DNA of 64,000 bases from NCBI GenBank assembly GCA_963739455.1, contig CAVUAK010000002.1:432641-496640 (forward strand), read 5' to 3'. The DNA comes from an uncultured Gemmatimonadales bacterium (GTDB lineage Bacteria; Gemmatimonadota; Gemmatimonadetes; Gemmatimonadales; GWC2-71-9). A model generated the notes under the pieces. That model saw only the letters and a list, made by a program, of their open reading frames with translations, did not search any database and was not told the DNA's origin. This document shows, piece after piece, positions 11,181-20,266 of this stretch (the first letter of the stretch is position 1; each line of letters begins with the position of its first letter). A program made the position numbers and the translations under genes.

Positions 11181-11905
11181 CACTGGCGCGGCTCGAAGAC
11201 GAATGTCACGGGGAGGACGTTGGCATCCCACCCGTCAGGCAGCGGGCCGAATGCCTTCCCGTTCCCTGCCGCCTCGATCGCACCCTGCGCCTCGAGGTCG
11301 AAACTGAAGTTGCCTGAACGCTTGAGGAATCGAATGTCAGCCACCGAACCGTCCTTGAGGATCAGGAACGCGACCTCGGCGCGAAGCCGGTTGTTGGGCG
11401 CGTTCCATCGCCGGAGCACTTCGTTCATGATGTTCCGGAGATACTCCGGATAGGGAAACTCGATCCCGGGAATCTTGATGTTCGCGACGTCAGTGCCGGT
11501 GCCAGGCGTCTCGCCGGGCAACGGCTGCGCCTCACTCTTCGTGACCGGCGTCTTCTCCACCGGCTTCTCCGACGCCTGCACCGGCTTTGTGGGCGTCGGC
11601 GCCGGTTCCGCCTTGGCCTTCGGCTTCACCGCTTCAGCCTTCGTCGGCTTCGCGGGCGCCGGGGCCGGCGCCTCAGCCGGCGGCGCAGGTTCGGGCGGTC
11701 GGGTGACGGCCTCTGGAGCGGCACGACGTGCCGTCGTCGGCAGCGGTGCCGCCACCAGCTCGACGGCATACACCGGCGGGCCGATGACCGGCTTCGGGAT
11801 CACGACAAAGAAGAGCAGGACGGCCGCCACGTGAACGACCAGCGACCCGGTCATGCCGACCGTGGCCGAGGGTCCGTCAACGGCGTACGCGCCCCTGCCC
11901 TTCAC
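11180..11905 (-). CDS. tolA: TolA/TonB-family energy transducer
   Basis: TM helix with SLVVH (SHLS-like), Pro/Ala/Lys-rich linker, TonB_2-like C-terminus (SGNFSFDLEAQGAIE..FGPLP). Confidence 0.8.
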   Translation of the reverse strand: MKGRGAYAVDGPSATVGMTGSLVVHVAAVLLFFVVIPKPVIGPPVYAVELVAAPLPTTARRAAPEAVTRPPEPAPPAEAPAPAPAKPTKAEAVKPKAKAEPAPTPTKPVQASEKPVEKTPVTKSEAQPLPGETPGTGTDVANIKIPGIEFPYPEYLRNIMNEVLRRWNAPNNRLRAEVAFLILKDGSVADIRFLKRSGNFSFDLEAQGAIEAAGNGKAFGPLPDGWDANVLPVTFVFEPRQ

Positions 11906-12324
11906 TTCGATTCCTCATCCTCGGCCACGAGGCCCAGGTTGCGCACGCCGGAGTTCCGGATGATGGCCACAACGCGCACGACGTCGCCGTATGAGGCCCG
12001 GTTGTCGGCGCGGAGATAGACGGCTTCGGGCTTCCGCGTCGCCACGATGGAGCGGAAGGTTGCCCGGAAGTCGCGGTAGCTCACCGGCGTCTCATCGAGG
12101 AAGATCTTTCCCGTCCGGTCGAGCGACACCACGATGCCCTGCTTGGCGTTCATCGGCTTCGCAGCGGCCTTTGGCAGGTCCACATCGACGCCGCCCTGCA
12201 TGATCGGCGCGGCGATCATGAAGATGATCAGCAGCACGAAGGCAACGTCCACCAGCGACGTGACGTTGACCTCGGCATTCAGGGCCAGGTCGTCGTCGCC
12301 GCGGAACCCGCTCAGCGCCCCCAC
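11902..12324 (-). CDS. tolR: TolR/ExbD family protein
   Basis: EVNVTSLVDVAFVLLIIFMI, VDLPKA, LRAD..YG.V motifs. Confidence 0.9.
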   Translation of the reverse strand: MGALSGFRGDDDLALNAEVNVTSLVDVAFVLLIIFMIAAPIMQGGVDVDLPKAAAKPMNAKQGIVVSLDRTGKIFLDETPVSYRDFRATFRSIVATRKPEAVYLRADNRASYGDVVRVVAIIRNSGVRNLGLVAEDEESK

Positions 12325-12325
12325 G

Positions 12326-13033
12326 TCAGACCATCCCCTCGCGTGCCATGGTGCCGATCAACTCGGCGGCAAATCCCTCGAGCTCACCCGCCAGCATGCG
12401 AACCTTGTTGACGTAGAGGTTGTACGCGATGACGGCAGGGATGGCCGCGGCCAGTCCCGCGACGGTGGCAATGAGCGCCTCGGCCACACCGGGCGCCACT
12501 GCGCTGATGTTGCCGGACCCCTTCGACGAGATGCCGATGAAGGCATCCATGACGCCGAGCACCGTGCCCATCAGCCCCATGAGCGGCCCCACCGCACCCA
12601 CCGTGGCGAGCCACGGGATGTAGCGACTGAGCATGTCCTTCTCGGCCGAGACTTCCTTCATGAGGACCAGCTTGAGCGACTCGAGCTGCGTGGACGTCAG
12701 CGGCGTGCGCGCCACTTCCTCCTTGAGTGCACCCGGCCGCAGTTCGCTGTAGAAGTTGATCGCCTCGCGGAACAGCCGGTTGTACGGCGACGGCGGCTGC
12801 TTCATGGCGGCGTGATAGCCTTCCTGCAGGCGCGTGGTGCGCTCCAGTTCGGCGAAGAACTTTCCGCCCTGACGGTGCAGGCGGCGGAATTGCCACCACT
12901 TGAGCACGATGATGAACCAGGCGATCAGCGAGAAGACCAGCAGGATGGCGAGCACCACCTTGGTCTCGACACTCGAGATGAGCAGGAGCTCGAGCGGAGT
13001 GGTTGGCAGGGCGCCGCCGACCTGGAGCATCAT
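12326..13033 (-). CDS. tolQ: TolQ/ExbB (MotA family) proton channel
   Basis: LATVGAVGPLMGLMGTVLG, VAPGVAEALIATVAGLAAAIPAVIAYN. Confidence 0.9.
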   Translation of the reverse strand: MMLQVGGALPTTPLELLLISSVETKVVLAILLVFSLIAWFIIVLKWWQFRRLHRQGGKFFAELERTTRLQEGYHAAMKQPPSPYNRLFREAINFYSELRPGALKEEVARTPLTSTQLESLKLVLMKEVSAEKDMLSRYIPWLATVGAVGPLMGLMGTVLGVMDAFIGISSKGSGNISAVAPGVAEALIATVAGLAAAIPAVIAYNLYVNKVRMLAGELEGFAAELIGTMAREGMV

Positions 13034-13980
13034 GCGTTCTCCTTCTTGAACCAGTCGATGAGCTGGGGCAATCCATTCTCAAAACTGTATTCCGGGGTCC
13101 AGCCGAGCTGCGACCCCGCCTTCCGCACGTCCAGCGCGCTCCGCTGCAACTCACCCGGGCGCGTGGGCGCAAACTCCAGCACGGGGGTCACCCCCATGAC
13201 CTTCCCGACCGTCGCCGCCAGTTCAAGCACTGAGGTTTCCCGCGAGGTGGCGATGTTGAAGGCCCGCGCTTCATGCACACCAGCGGGCGGGAGGGGATTC
13301 GTACCGGCGAGCAGGTTGGCCCGGGCGACATCGCGGACGAACACGTAGTCGCGCGTCTGGGTACCGTCGCCGAAGATCGTCAGCGGACGCTTCTCGAGCA
13401 GGCGCGACACGAAGATCGAGACGACGCCCGCTTCCGACTTGGGATCCTGCCGCGGACCGAAGACGTTGGAGTAGCGCATCGCGACGGCATCGAATCCGTT
13501 GAGTGCGCCGAGCATGCGGACGTAGTGCTCGCCCGCAAGCTTGCTCGCGCCATAGGGAGAGATGGGACAGTTGGGCGCGGTCTCCGGCGTAGGGATCTCG
13601 AGTGGATCGCCGTACACGGTACCACCGCTCGAGGCGAACACTACCCGGCCGACTCCGCCTGCTCCCGCACCCTCGAGGAGGTTCACGAAGCCGACGACGT
13701 TGATGGATGCATCGAAAGCGGGCTGGTCGACCGACACACGAACATCGATTTGCGCAGCATGATGGCAGAGCACGTTGAACCGGCCCTCGGCCAGCAGCTT
13801 CCGGGCTTCGGGCGAGCGAATGTCAGCCTGAACCAGCGTCGCCCTGGCCGGCACGTTGTGCGCGTGACCGCGGGAGAGGTCATCCAGTACGACCACCTCC
13901 CAGCCCGCCCCGAGATAAGCCTCGGCGATATGGGATCCGATGAATCCCGCTCCCCCTGTCACCAGCACCCGTCCGCCCAT
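13030..13980 (-). CDS. NAD-dependent epimerase/dehydratase (GalE-like extended SDR)
   Basis: VLVTGGAGFIGSH, YGASK, RYSNVFGPRQ, IFGDGTQTRDYVFV. Confidence 0.85.
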   Translation of the reverse strand: MGGRVLVTGGAGFIGSHIAEAYLGAGWEVVVLDDLSRGHAHNVPARATLVQADIRSPEARKLLAEGRFNVLCHHAAQIDVRVSVDQPAFDASINVVGFVNLLEGAGAGGVGRVVFASSGGTVYGDPLEIPTPETAPNCPISPYGASKLAGEHYVRMLGALNGFDAVAMRYSNVFGPRQDPKSEAGVVSIFVSRLLEKRPLTIFGDGTQTRDYVFVRDVARANLLAGTNPLPPAGVHEARAFNIATSRETSVLELAATVGKVMGVTPVLEFAPTRPGELQRSALDVRKAGSQLGWTPEYSFENGLPQLIDWFKKENA

Positions 13981-14112
13981 TTGAGGATCCTTCCCCGGGT
14001 TGAAAGTGCCACGGTCTGCCGCCCTGAACAGGGCGTAAACCATGATCGCCCCGCAATATAGACGGGCGAGCCGCGAGCGGGAGCGCGCTGGGTGACCATC
14101 CTCACAAAGACA

Positions 14113-14143
14113 TGAGCGGCGCCCCGGGAAGGGGCGCCGCTCA
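14113..14143 (-). terminator. Rho-independent terminator after the LysM gene
   Basis: 13-bp perfect stem tgagcggcgcccc/ggggcgccgctca, followed on the minus strand by tgtctttgt. Confidence 0.7.
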
Positions 14144-14172
14144 GGCCGAATTCGTGTGTGCCGCGGGAGGTG

Positions 14173-15394
14173 CTATTGCGGCAGCTTGGCCACCTGAACG
14201 GCCGGCGTACCCATCGGGAAGGTCGCGAACTTGACGTTGAGCAGCAGCCCGGTGGCGCTGTGGTCACGCACGTTGACGATCTGCATGACGGCCATCGTCT
14301 CGGTCGTCAGCACGGTGCCGTTGTTGGCGATGCCGCCCGACGCCCGCTGCACTTCCCACATGTCGCCCAGGGCGACGCCATCGAGCTTGCCCTTGTCGAT
14401 GAAGAGGTAGCCCTGCGGCAGCTTGAGGTACTCGACCCGCGGCCAGCCAATGACCCGCGCCGAGATGCCATCGGTGATGGGCACCGCGCGCGCCTTGGAG
14501 CTGCCCGGGAACTTCTCCAGTGGCAGCAGCCACTGGCCCGGGTAGATGCCCCAGAAGATCTGGGTGATGGTCATGATCGGCCGGCCATCGTCGATGCGCT
14601 TCACCACGCCGACGCCGGTGGGGAGCACCATGAAGCCGAAGCCGTTGACCGGAGGCCCCTTCTCGAGCGTCAGCAGCGTGTCACCGATCTCGTATGAAGC
14701 ACCCTTGGGAGGTGAGATGGCGAGCTCGGTCGCGAGCTTGGCCACGCCGAAGTTGCTGATCGAGGCGATCATCGGTGATGCCGTGCGACCCACGATGCGG
14801 CCGTAGGGAAGATCCTGGCCCTCAGTGAGGAAGCCGCCGGAATAGAACTCATCGCGCCGGATGGCCCGGTAGTTCTTCTCGGAGTAGGCCTTCACCGTTG
14901 CGCGGGCCGCCTGCGACATCTCACCCATCTGGGGGAACAGGGGAGCATTCGGATCGTAGTCGTCCGAGGTCTCCTCGATGGTTTCCTTGAAGTTCGGGTC
15001 CTCGACCGCGTCAACCTTGGCGCCCGGAGCCGCCGGAGCCGCCGGATCCAGCCTGTGCCACCGCGGACGGTGGAGGCGGCGTATCCTCGGCCGGCACCGA
15101 CTTCACGCCGTCGCCGGCAGCCAGGCGCAGGTTCTCGCCCGGGTAGATCCAGTGCGGATCCTCCACCACGTCGGTGTTGAGGCGGTAGATCTCGGGCCAC
15201 AAGAGCGGGTCACCGAGATACGACTGTGCGAGCGACCAGAGCGTGTCTCCCGGCCGCACGGTGTGCGTCTGGGGCGTTGCCGGTGCCTGCGCGAGCAAGG
15301 CAGAGGGCAGCGCCAGCAGCACACCGATGGCGACGTGCCAGCGGCGGGGTGACATGCGGTCAGTCCGCGACGCAACAGGATCGAGGTGCGGCAT
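14173..15394 (-). CDS. LysM peptidoglycan-binding protein, TsaP-like architecture (frameshift ~15010-15040)
   Basis: Signal peptide; [38 protein letters not shown] LysM; C-terminal beta domain with [26 protein letters not shown] before the ATG at 15394. Confidence 0.75.
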
Positions 15395-15483
15395 CGGATC
15401 TCTCCCAACGGCGTTCGAGAACGGAAATGGGTGTTTGTCGAGGCTGCGAGGCGTAATACGCCTCAAGTCTCCGCCAACGGAAA

Positions 15484-15499
15484 AGCAAGATCAGCGCCA
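15484..15499 (-). promoter_or_regulatory. Putative sigma54 (-24/-12) promoter for the LysM gene
   Basis: Minus strand TGGCGCT-GATC-TTGCT, close to consensus TGGCACG-N4-TTGCW. Confidence 0.65.
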
Positions 15500-15525
15500 C
15501 GGATTGCAGCCGACATGGCCTGCCA

Positions 15526-15550
15526 CAAGTTATTGATTTTCAACAAGTTG
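15526..15550. promoter_or_regulatory. IHF-binding site(s)
   Basis: Minus strand AATCAATAACTTG is a perfect WATCAANNNNTTR (15526-15538); plus strand TTTCAACAAGTTG (15538-15550) has one mismatch. AT-rich island in GC-rich DNA. Confidence 0.6.
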
Positions 15551-15563
15551 CCTGAACGCAACC

Positions 15564-15598
15564 GCGCCGGCAACACCCCAGGTGGGTGTGGCCGGCGC
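15564..15598. terminator. Hairpin downstream of ssb (terminator or activator-binding dyad)
   Basis: gcgccggcaacaccc / gggtgtggccggcgc inverted repeat; no strong U tract. Confidence 0.45.
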
Positions 15599-15629
15599 AG
15601 AGTCATGCATGGCGTCTGGGCGTCCTGCC

Positions 15630-16112
15630 TCAGAATGGAAGGTCGTCGTCAGCGCTGTCCAATGCATCGGGGAAGTCATCGAAAGACTCTTCCTTGCCCT
15701 TGGCGCCACCGGCCGGAGCGCCGGCAGCGGCCTTGGCGGGGGCAAAGCTCTCAGCTCCCTGTCCACCACGGCCCCCGAGCAGGATCAACTCGTTGCCCCT
15801 GATTTCCGTGGTGTACCGCGTCTGGCCTTCCTTGTCCTGCCAGGAGCGATACTCGATGCTGCCCTCGACGAAGATCTTTTCGCCCTTGCGGCAGTACTTC
15901 TCGGCGATGTCGGCAAGCTTGGCATAGTTCGAGTTCCAGAAGATGACGCGATGCCATTCCGTCTTCTCCTGCATCTGCCCGTCCTGCCCCTTCCACTGCC
16001 TGCTGGTTGCAACCGAGAGCGTGGCCACGCGGCCGCCGTTCTGGGTGCTGCGAACTTCGGGGTCCGCCCCGAGGTTGCCGATCAGGGTGACCTTGTTGAG
16101 ACTGCGGCTCAC
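15630..16112 (-). CDS. ssb: Single-stranded DNA-binding protein
   Basis: SLNKVTLIGNLGADPEVR, KTEWHRV, acidic C-terminal DDDLPF; GGAGG RBS before GTG. Confidence 0.97.
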   Translation of the reverse strand: MSRSLNKVTLIGNLGADPEVRSTQNGGRVATLSVATSRQWKGQDGQMQEKTEWHRVIFWNSNYAKLADIAEKYCRKGEKIFVEGSIEYRSWQDKEGQTRYTTEIRGNELILLGGRGGQGAESFAPAKAAAGAPAGGAKGKEESFDDFPDALDSADDDLPF

Positions 16113-16217
16113 GGGTGCCTCCACGGTACAAGAGTTCGAGCAACACGGTGGACGTCACCCATGGTATCGTCAGGGCCCGTCCGAGAATTCATCAATTTGC
16201 CGCCAGGGCGACCGAAG

Positions 16218-16718
16218 CTACGCCAGCCCCACGAAGCCCAGCCGCAACACCAGCGCATCCTCGCGTGGATTCCGGTAGTAGTCGGATCGCACGCCCACCG
16301 GACGGAAGCCCGACGCCCGGTACAACTCTATGGCCGCTGAGTTCGAGGCGCGGACCTCGAGGAACACTTCCTCAGCACCGCGCTCACCGAGCGTCCTGAG
16401 TCCCTCGCGCAGCAACGCACTCGCAATACCGGTTCGTCGCTGATCCGGGTCGACGGCGAGGTTCAGTACCTCACCCGACCCGGCGACGTCCCTGCCGATA
16501 AGATAGCCCGCGATCCTGCCGGCGTCGTCGGCGACGAGGCCGAAGGTCCATGGCGTCTCCAGGGCCTCGCGAAACGAGGACTCCGCCCAGGGATCACCGA
16601 AGCAGGCGCGCTCGAGTGCCACAAGCGCCGACGCATCAGCCGCCACCGCCCGACGAATGCGGTAGGGTGCGCCCGTGTCGGGCTTCCCAGAGGGCCTGGG
16701 CTTCTGCGGGACGGCCAT
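16218..16718 (-). CDS. rimI: Ribosomal-protein-alanine N-acetyltransferase
   Basis: F.DPW, VLNLAVDP, FLEVRASN..AI.LY..GF, YY.NPREDAL; follows tsaB. Confidence 0.9.
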   Translation of the reverse strand: MAVPQKPRPSGKPDTGAPYRIRRAVAADASALVALERACFGDPWAESSFREALETPWTFGLVADDAGRIAGYLIGRDVAGSGEVLNLAVDPDQRRTGIASALLREGLRTLGERGAEEVFLEVRASNSAAIELYRASGFRPVGVRSDYYRNPREDALVLRLGFVGLA

Positions 16719-17343
16719 AGTCCGGTTCCCATGCAAGCGGATCGGCGACGCGACGCGCGCCGCCGGGTCGGCCGACGAGGTCGAGCATCACGCGCGCATC
16801 CACCTGATGCGCGAGGTCAAGATACGGTGCCCAGTCGGCGAATAGTGCCGCCGTGGCCACGGGCAGGAGTCCCACTACCGCATCGGGCCGCGGAAGCGCC
16901 GCCCGGAGGCTCGCGGGCGTCCTGGCCTCGGGCGGCAGGATGGTCTCGATGCCGTCTGGCAGCCAGAGCCATGCACCGGCGTAGCATTGCCCGCGCAGCG
17001 CGTCCGACACGCCCACCGTGATACGGCCCGGTCCGGATCCTGTCACGGCCTGCGTGAGTAGCGATGGTACCACCCAGAACTCCACCTCGCTCGCCGTCAC
17101 CAGGGCCTTGCCCACCGCCGCACCCACCCTGAGCCCGGTGAAGCTACCGGGGCCATCAGCGATGACAACCGACGTGATGGCGTCCCGGGTCACACCGGCC
17201 CGCGCGAGCAGGCGATCGACGACCGGAAGGAGCGCCGCGGCATGCTGCCGGGCGCCCTCGACCACCTCATGCAGCGCACTGGAAGCCGTGCGACCCAGTG
17301 CCACCGACAGCCGGCTCGTCGCGGTGTCGATCGCGAGTCGCAT
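16636..17343 (-). CDS. tsaB: tRNA threonylcarbamoyladenosine biosynthesis protein TsaB
   Basis: LAIDTAT, HAAALLP, GPGSFTGLRVG. Confidence 0.92.
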   Translation of the reverse strand: MRLAIDTATSRLSVALGRTASSALHEVVEGARQHAAALLPVVDRLLARAGVTRDAITSVVIADGPGSFTGLRVGAAVGKALVTASEVEFWVVPSLLTQAVTGSGPGRITVGVSDALRGQCYAGAWLWLPDGIETILPPEARTPASLRAALPRPDAVVGLLPVATAALFADWAPYLDLAHQVDARVMLDLVGRPGGARRVADPLAWEPDYGRPAEAQALWEARHGRTLPHSSGGGG

Positions 17344-17750
17344 CAGCCGAGTTCCAGACCACGCACCGAGGGATCCGAAAGGTGTGACAGCCGCACCCGG
17401 ACGGTGGCAGGCGGTGCCCAGCCGATGGCATGCTCCGGCCACTCAATGAGCAGCGCGTCACCATCCGCGGCAAGTCCCTCCCAGTCTACATCGGCCGACT
17501 CGTCGGGTTGCTGGAGACGGTAGCAATCGAGGTGGAAGACCGGCCCGCGCCGCCCGGCATAGCGATGCACCAGCGCGTACGTCGGGCTGGTCGTGGCCTC
17601 GGCGACGCCCAGTCCCCGGGCAATTGCGCGCACCATCGTGGTCTTCCCGGCACCCAGTTCGCCCTGCAGGTGGACCACGGCGCCCGGATTGAGTGCCCGT
17701 CCGATGCGCTCTCCCTCGGCGGCCAGCTCAGCCTCGGTCAGCGTCCGCAT
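17343..17750 (-). CDS. tsaE: t6A biosynthesis ATPase TsaE
   Basis: GELGAGKTT, TSPTYALV, HLDCYRL, LIEWPE. Confidence 0.95.
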   Translation of the reverse strand: MRTLTEAELAAEGERIGRALNPGAVVHLQGELGAGKTTMVRAIARGLGVAEATTSPTYALVHRYAGRRGPVFHLDCYRLQQPDESADVDWEGLAADGDALLIEWPEHAIGWAPPATVRVRLSHLSDPSVRGLELG

Positions 17751-19817
17751 CAGCGCCGACCACGCCGCTGGCGGACTGCCGTACCTCCACCACCACCACG
17801 CCGAACATTGGGCGCCCCCATGGCCCGGAGCTCGTTCAGCTGATCACGCAGCAGCGCCGCCTCCTCGAACTCGAGGTTGGCTGACGCCTCACGCATGCGT
17901 CGCTCGAGCTGCTCCATGAACTTCTCGCGCTGCTTCGGGATCATGCGGATCGACATACATCTCGGTGCGCCCCGGCTCGGGCTTCACCCGCTCGGTGCGC
18001 GCGTCGGCCACGTGCGTCGACAGGCGCACCTCTTCCAGCGACTTCACGATCGACTGCGGCGTGATGTTGTGCTCGATGTTGTACGCCCGCTGGATGGCAC
18101 GCCGCCGGTCCATTTCCGCCAGGGCGCGCTGCATCGACCCGGTGATCCGGTCGGCGTACAGGATGCCGCGGCCGTGCACATTGCGCGCGGCACGACCGAT
18201 CGTCTGCACCAGGGAACGATCCGAGCGCAGGAAGCCTTCCTGGTCGGCATCGAGGATCGCGACCAGCGACACTTCGGGCAGGTCGAGTCCCTCGCGCAGC
18301 AGGTTGATCCCCACCAGCACGTCGAAATCGCCGAGCCGGAGGCCACGAAGGATCTCCATGCGCTCGATGGCATCGATGTCGGAGTGGAGGTACCGCACCC
18401 GCACGCCGGCCTGCTGCAGGTAGTCGGTGAGGTCCTCGGACATCCGCTTGGTGAGCGTGGTGACGAGCACACGCTCCTGCGCCCTGACCCGCTCGCGGAT
18501 CTCGTGGAGCAGGTCGTCCACCTGGCCCTTCACCGGGCGGATTTCGACCTCGGGGTCGACCAGCCCCGTGGGCCGGATGATCTGCTCCACGATGACGCCG
18601 CCCGACAGGCGCAGCTCCTGGTCGCCCGGAGTCGCAGAGACGTTGATCATCTGGGGCACGAGCCCCATGAACTCGTCGAACTGCAGCGGACGGTTGTCGA
18701 GTGCCGACGGGCAGCCGGAAGCCATACTCGACCAGCGTCGTCTTTCGCGCACGGTCGCCGTTGAACATGCCGCCGATCTGCGGCAGCGATACGTGCGACT
18801 CGTCCACGATGACGAGGTAGTCCTCGGGGAAGTAGTCGAGGAGGCAGGCCGGCCGTTCGCCGGGCAGCCGTCCGGTGAGGTGCCGCGAGTAATTCTCGAT
18901 GCCGGCGCAGGTGCCCACCTCGAGCAGCATCTCGATGTCAAAGCTGGTGCGCGACTCGAGCCGCTGTGCCTCGAGCAGCTTGCCGGCCGTCTTGAGCTCG
19001 AGCAGCCGCTCGGCCAGTTCGGCCCGGATTGCCTTCACGGCGCGCTCGACGGTGGCCCGCTGGGTGACGAAGTGCTTGGCCGGATAGATGGCGCACTGGT
19101 CGAGCACCGCGATGGTGTTGCCGGTGAGCGGATCGATGCGGCTGATACGCTCCACGGTGTCGCCCCACAGCTCGATGCGATACGCCTGCTCCATGTAGGC
19201 CGGGTGGATCTCGATCGAGTCGCCGCGGACACGGAAGGTGCCCTGCTCGAACGCGGCGTCGTTCCGGCCGTACTGGATGCGCACCAGGTCGGCGAGGATC
19301 GCGTCGCGCCCGCGATCCTCCCCGGTCTTCACCGTGACCATCAGGCGTCGGTACTCCACCGGGTCACCGAGGCCGTAGATCGCGCTCACCGTCGCCACGA
19401 TCACGACGTCGTCCCGCTCCATCAGGCTCGAGGTGGCGCGAAGCCGCAGCGCCTCGATGTCCTGGTTGATCGACGCGTCCTTCTCGATGTATACGTCGGT
19501 GGCCGGGACATACGCTTCGGGCTGGTAGTAGTCGTAGTACGAGACGAAGTACTCGACGGCATTGGCCGGCAGGAACTGCCGGAGCTCGCCGTACAGCTGC
19601 GCCGCAAGCGTCTTGTTGTGGGAGAGGACGAGCGTCGGCTTGCCGTAGTCGGCGACAGCATGTGCGCCAGCGTCAGCGTCTTGCCCGATCCGGTGACGCC
19701 GAGCAGCGTCTGGTACTTGTCCCCGCGCACGAGGCCCGCCGTCAGTTCGACGATGGCCTTGGGCTGGTCTCCTGCGGGCTCGAATGGGGCAACAACCTGA
19801 AAGGCGGTACGAGGCAT
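17750..19817 (-). CDS. uvrB: Excinuclease ABC subunit B (frameshifts ~19655, ~18715, ~17960)
   Basis: [50 protein letters not shown]-terminal UVR domain [11 protein letters not shown]. Confidence 0.95.
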
Positions 19818-19859
19818 GGACGGAAGATAACGAGATTCGGCATTTGTTCGGTAGTGGTC

Positions 19860-20264
19860 TCAGGCTCCCATCTTGAGGAGGCGGGCCCAGAGTGGCGCCG
19901 GGACCGGGACCACCGACAGGCGGCCCTGCCGCACCAGGGCCAATTCGGCAAACGCCGGGTCGGCCTTGATCTCCTTCAGCGTCACCGGCGACCTGAGCGG
20001 CTTCCCCGCCTCGAGATCCACCACCACCAGCCTCGGGTCGTCCTGCTTCGGGTCCGGGTATGCCGCCTTCACCACGCGCGCGTGGCCCACCGCGGCCTTC
20101 TCGTCGCCAGTGTGATAGATCAGGACGTCATCACCCACCGCCATCTCGCGCAGGTGCTTGAGCGCAACGGGGTTCGCGACGCCGTCCCAGACGGCGCGAC
20201 CGGCCTTCTGCAGGTCGGCAAAGGAATACGTCGACGGCTCGGTCTTGAGGATCCAGTAGGCCAT
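19860..20264 (-). CDS. EVE domain protein
   Basis: [41 protein letters not shown]. Confidence 0.9.
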   Translation of the reverse strand: MAYWILKTEPSTYSFADLQKAGRAVWDGVANPVALKHLREMAVGDDVLIYHTGDEKAAVGHARVVKAAYPDPKQDDPRLVVVDLEAGKPLRSPVTLKEIKADPAFAELALVRQGRLSVVPVPAPLWARLLKMGA

Positions 20265-20266
20265 GG

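Noticed and set aside
13990..14012. TGGCAC on the minus strand upstream of the epimerase as a sigma54 site
   Set aside because: No GC at the required 10-bp spacing.
16636..16718. 83-bp tsaB/rimI overlap as a dual-coding feature
   Set aside because: The overlap covers poorly conserved termini and depends on an uncertain rimI start.
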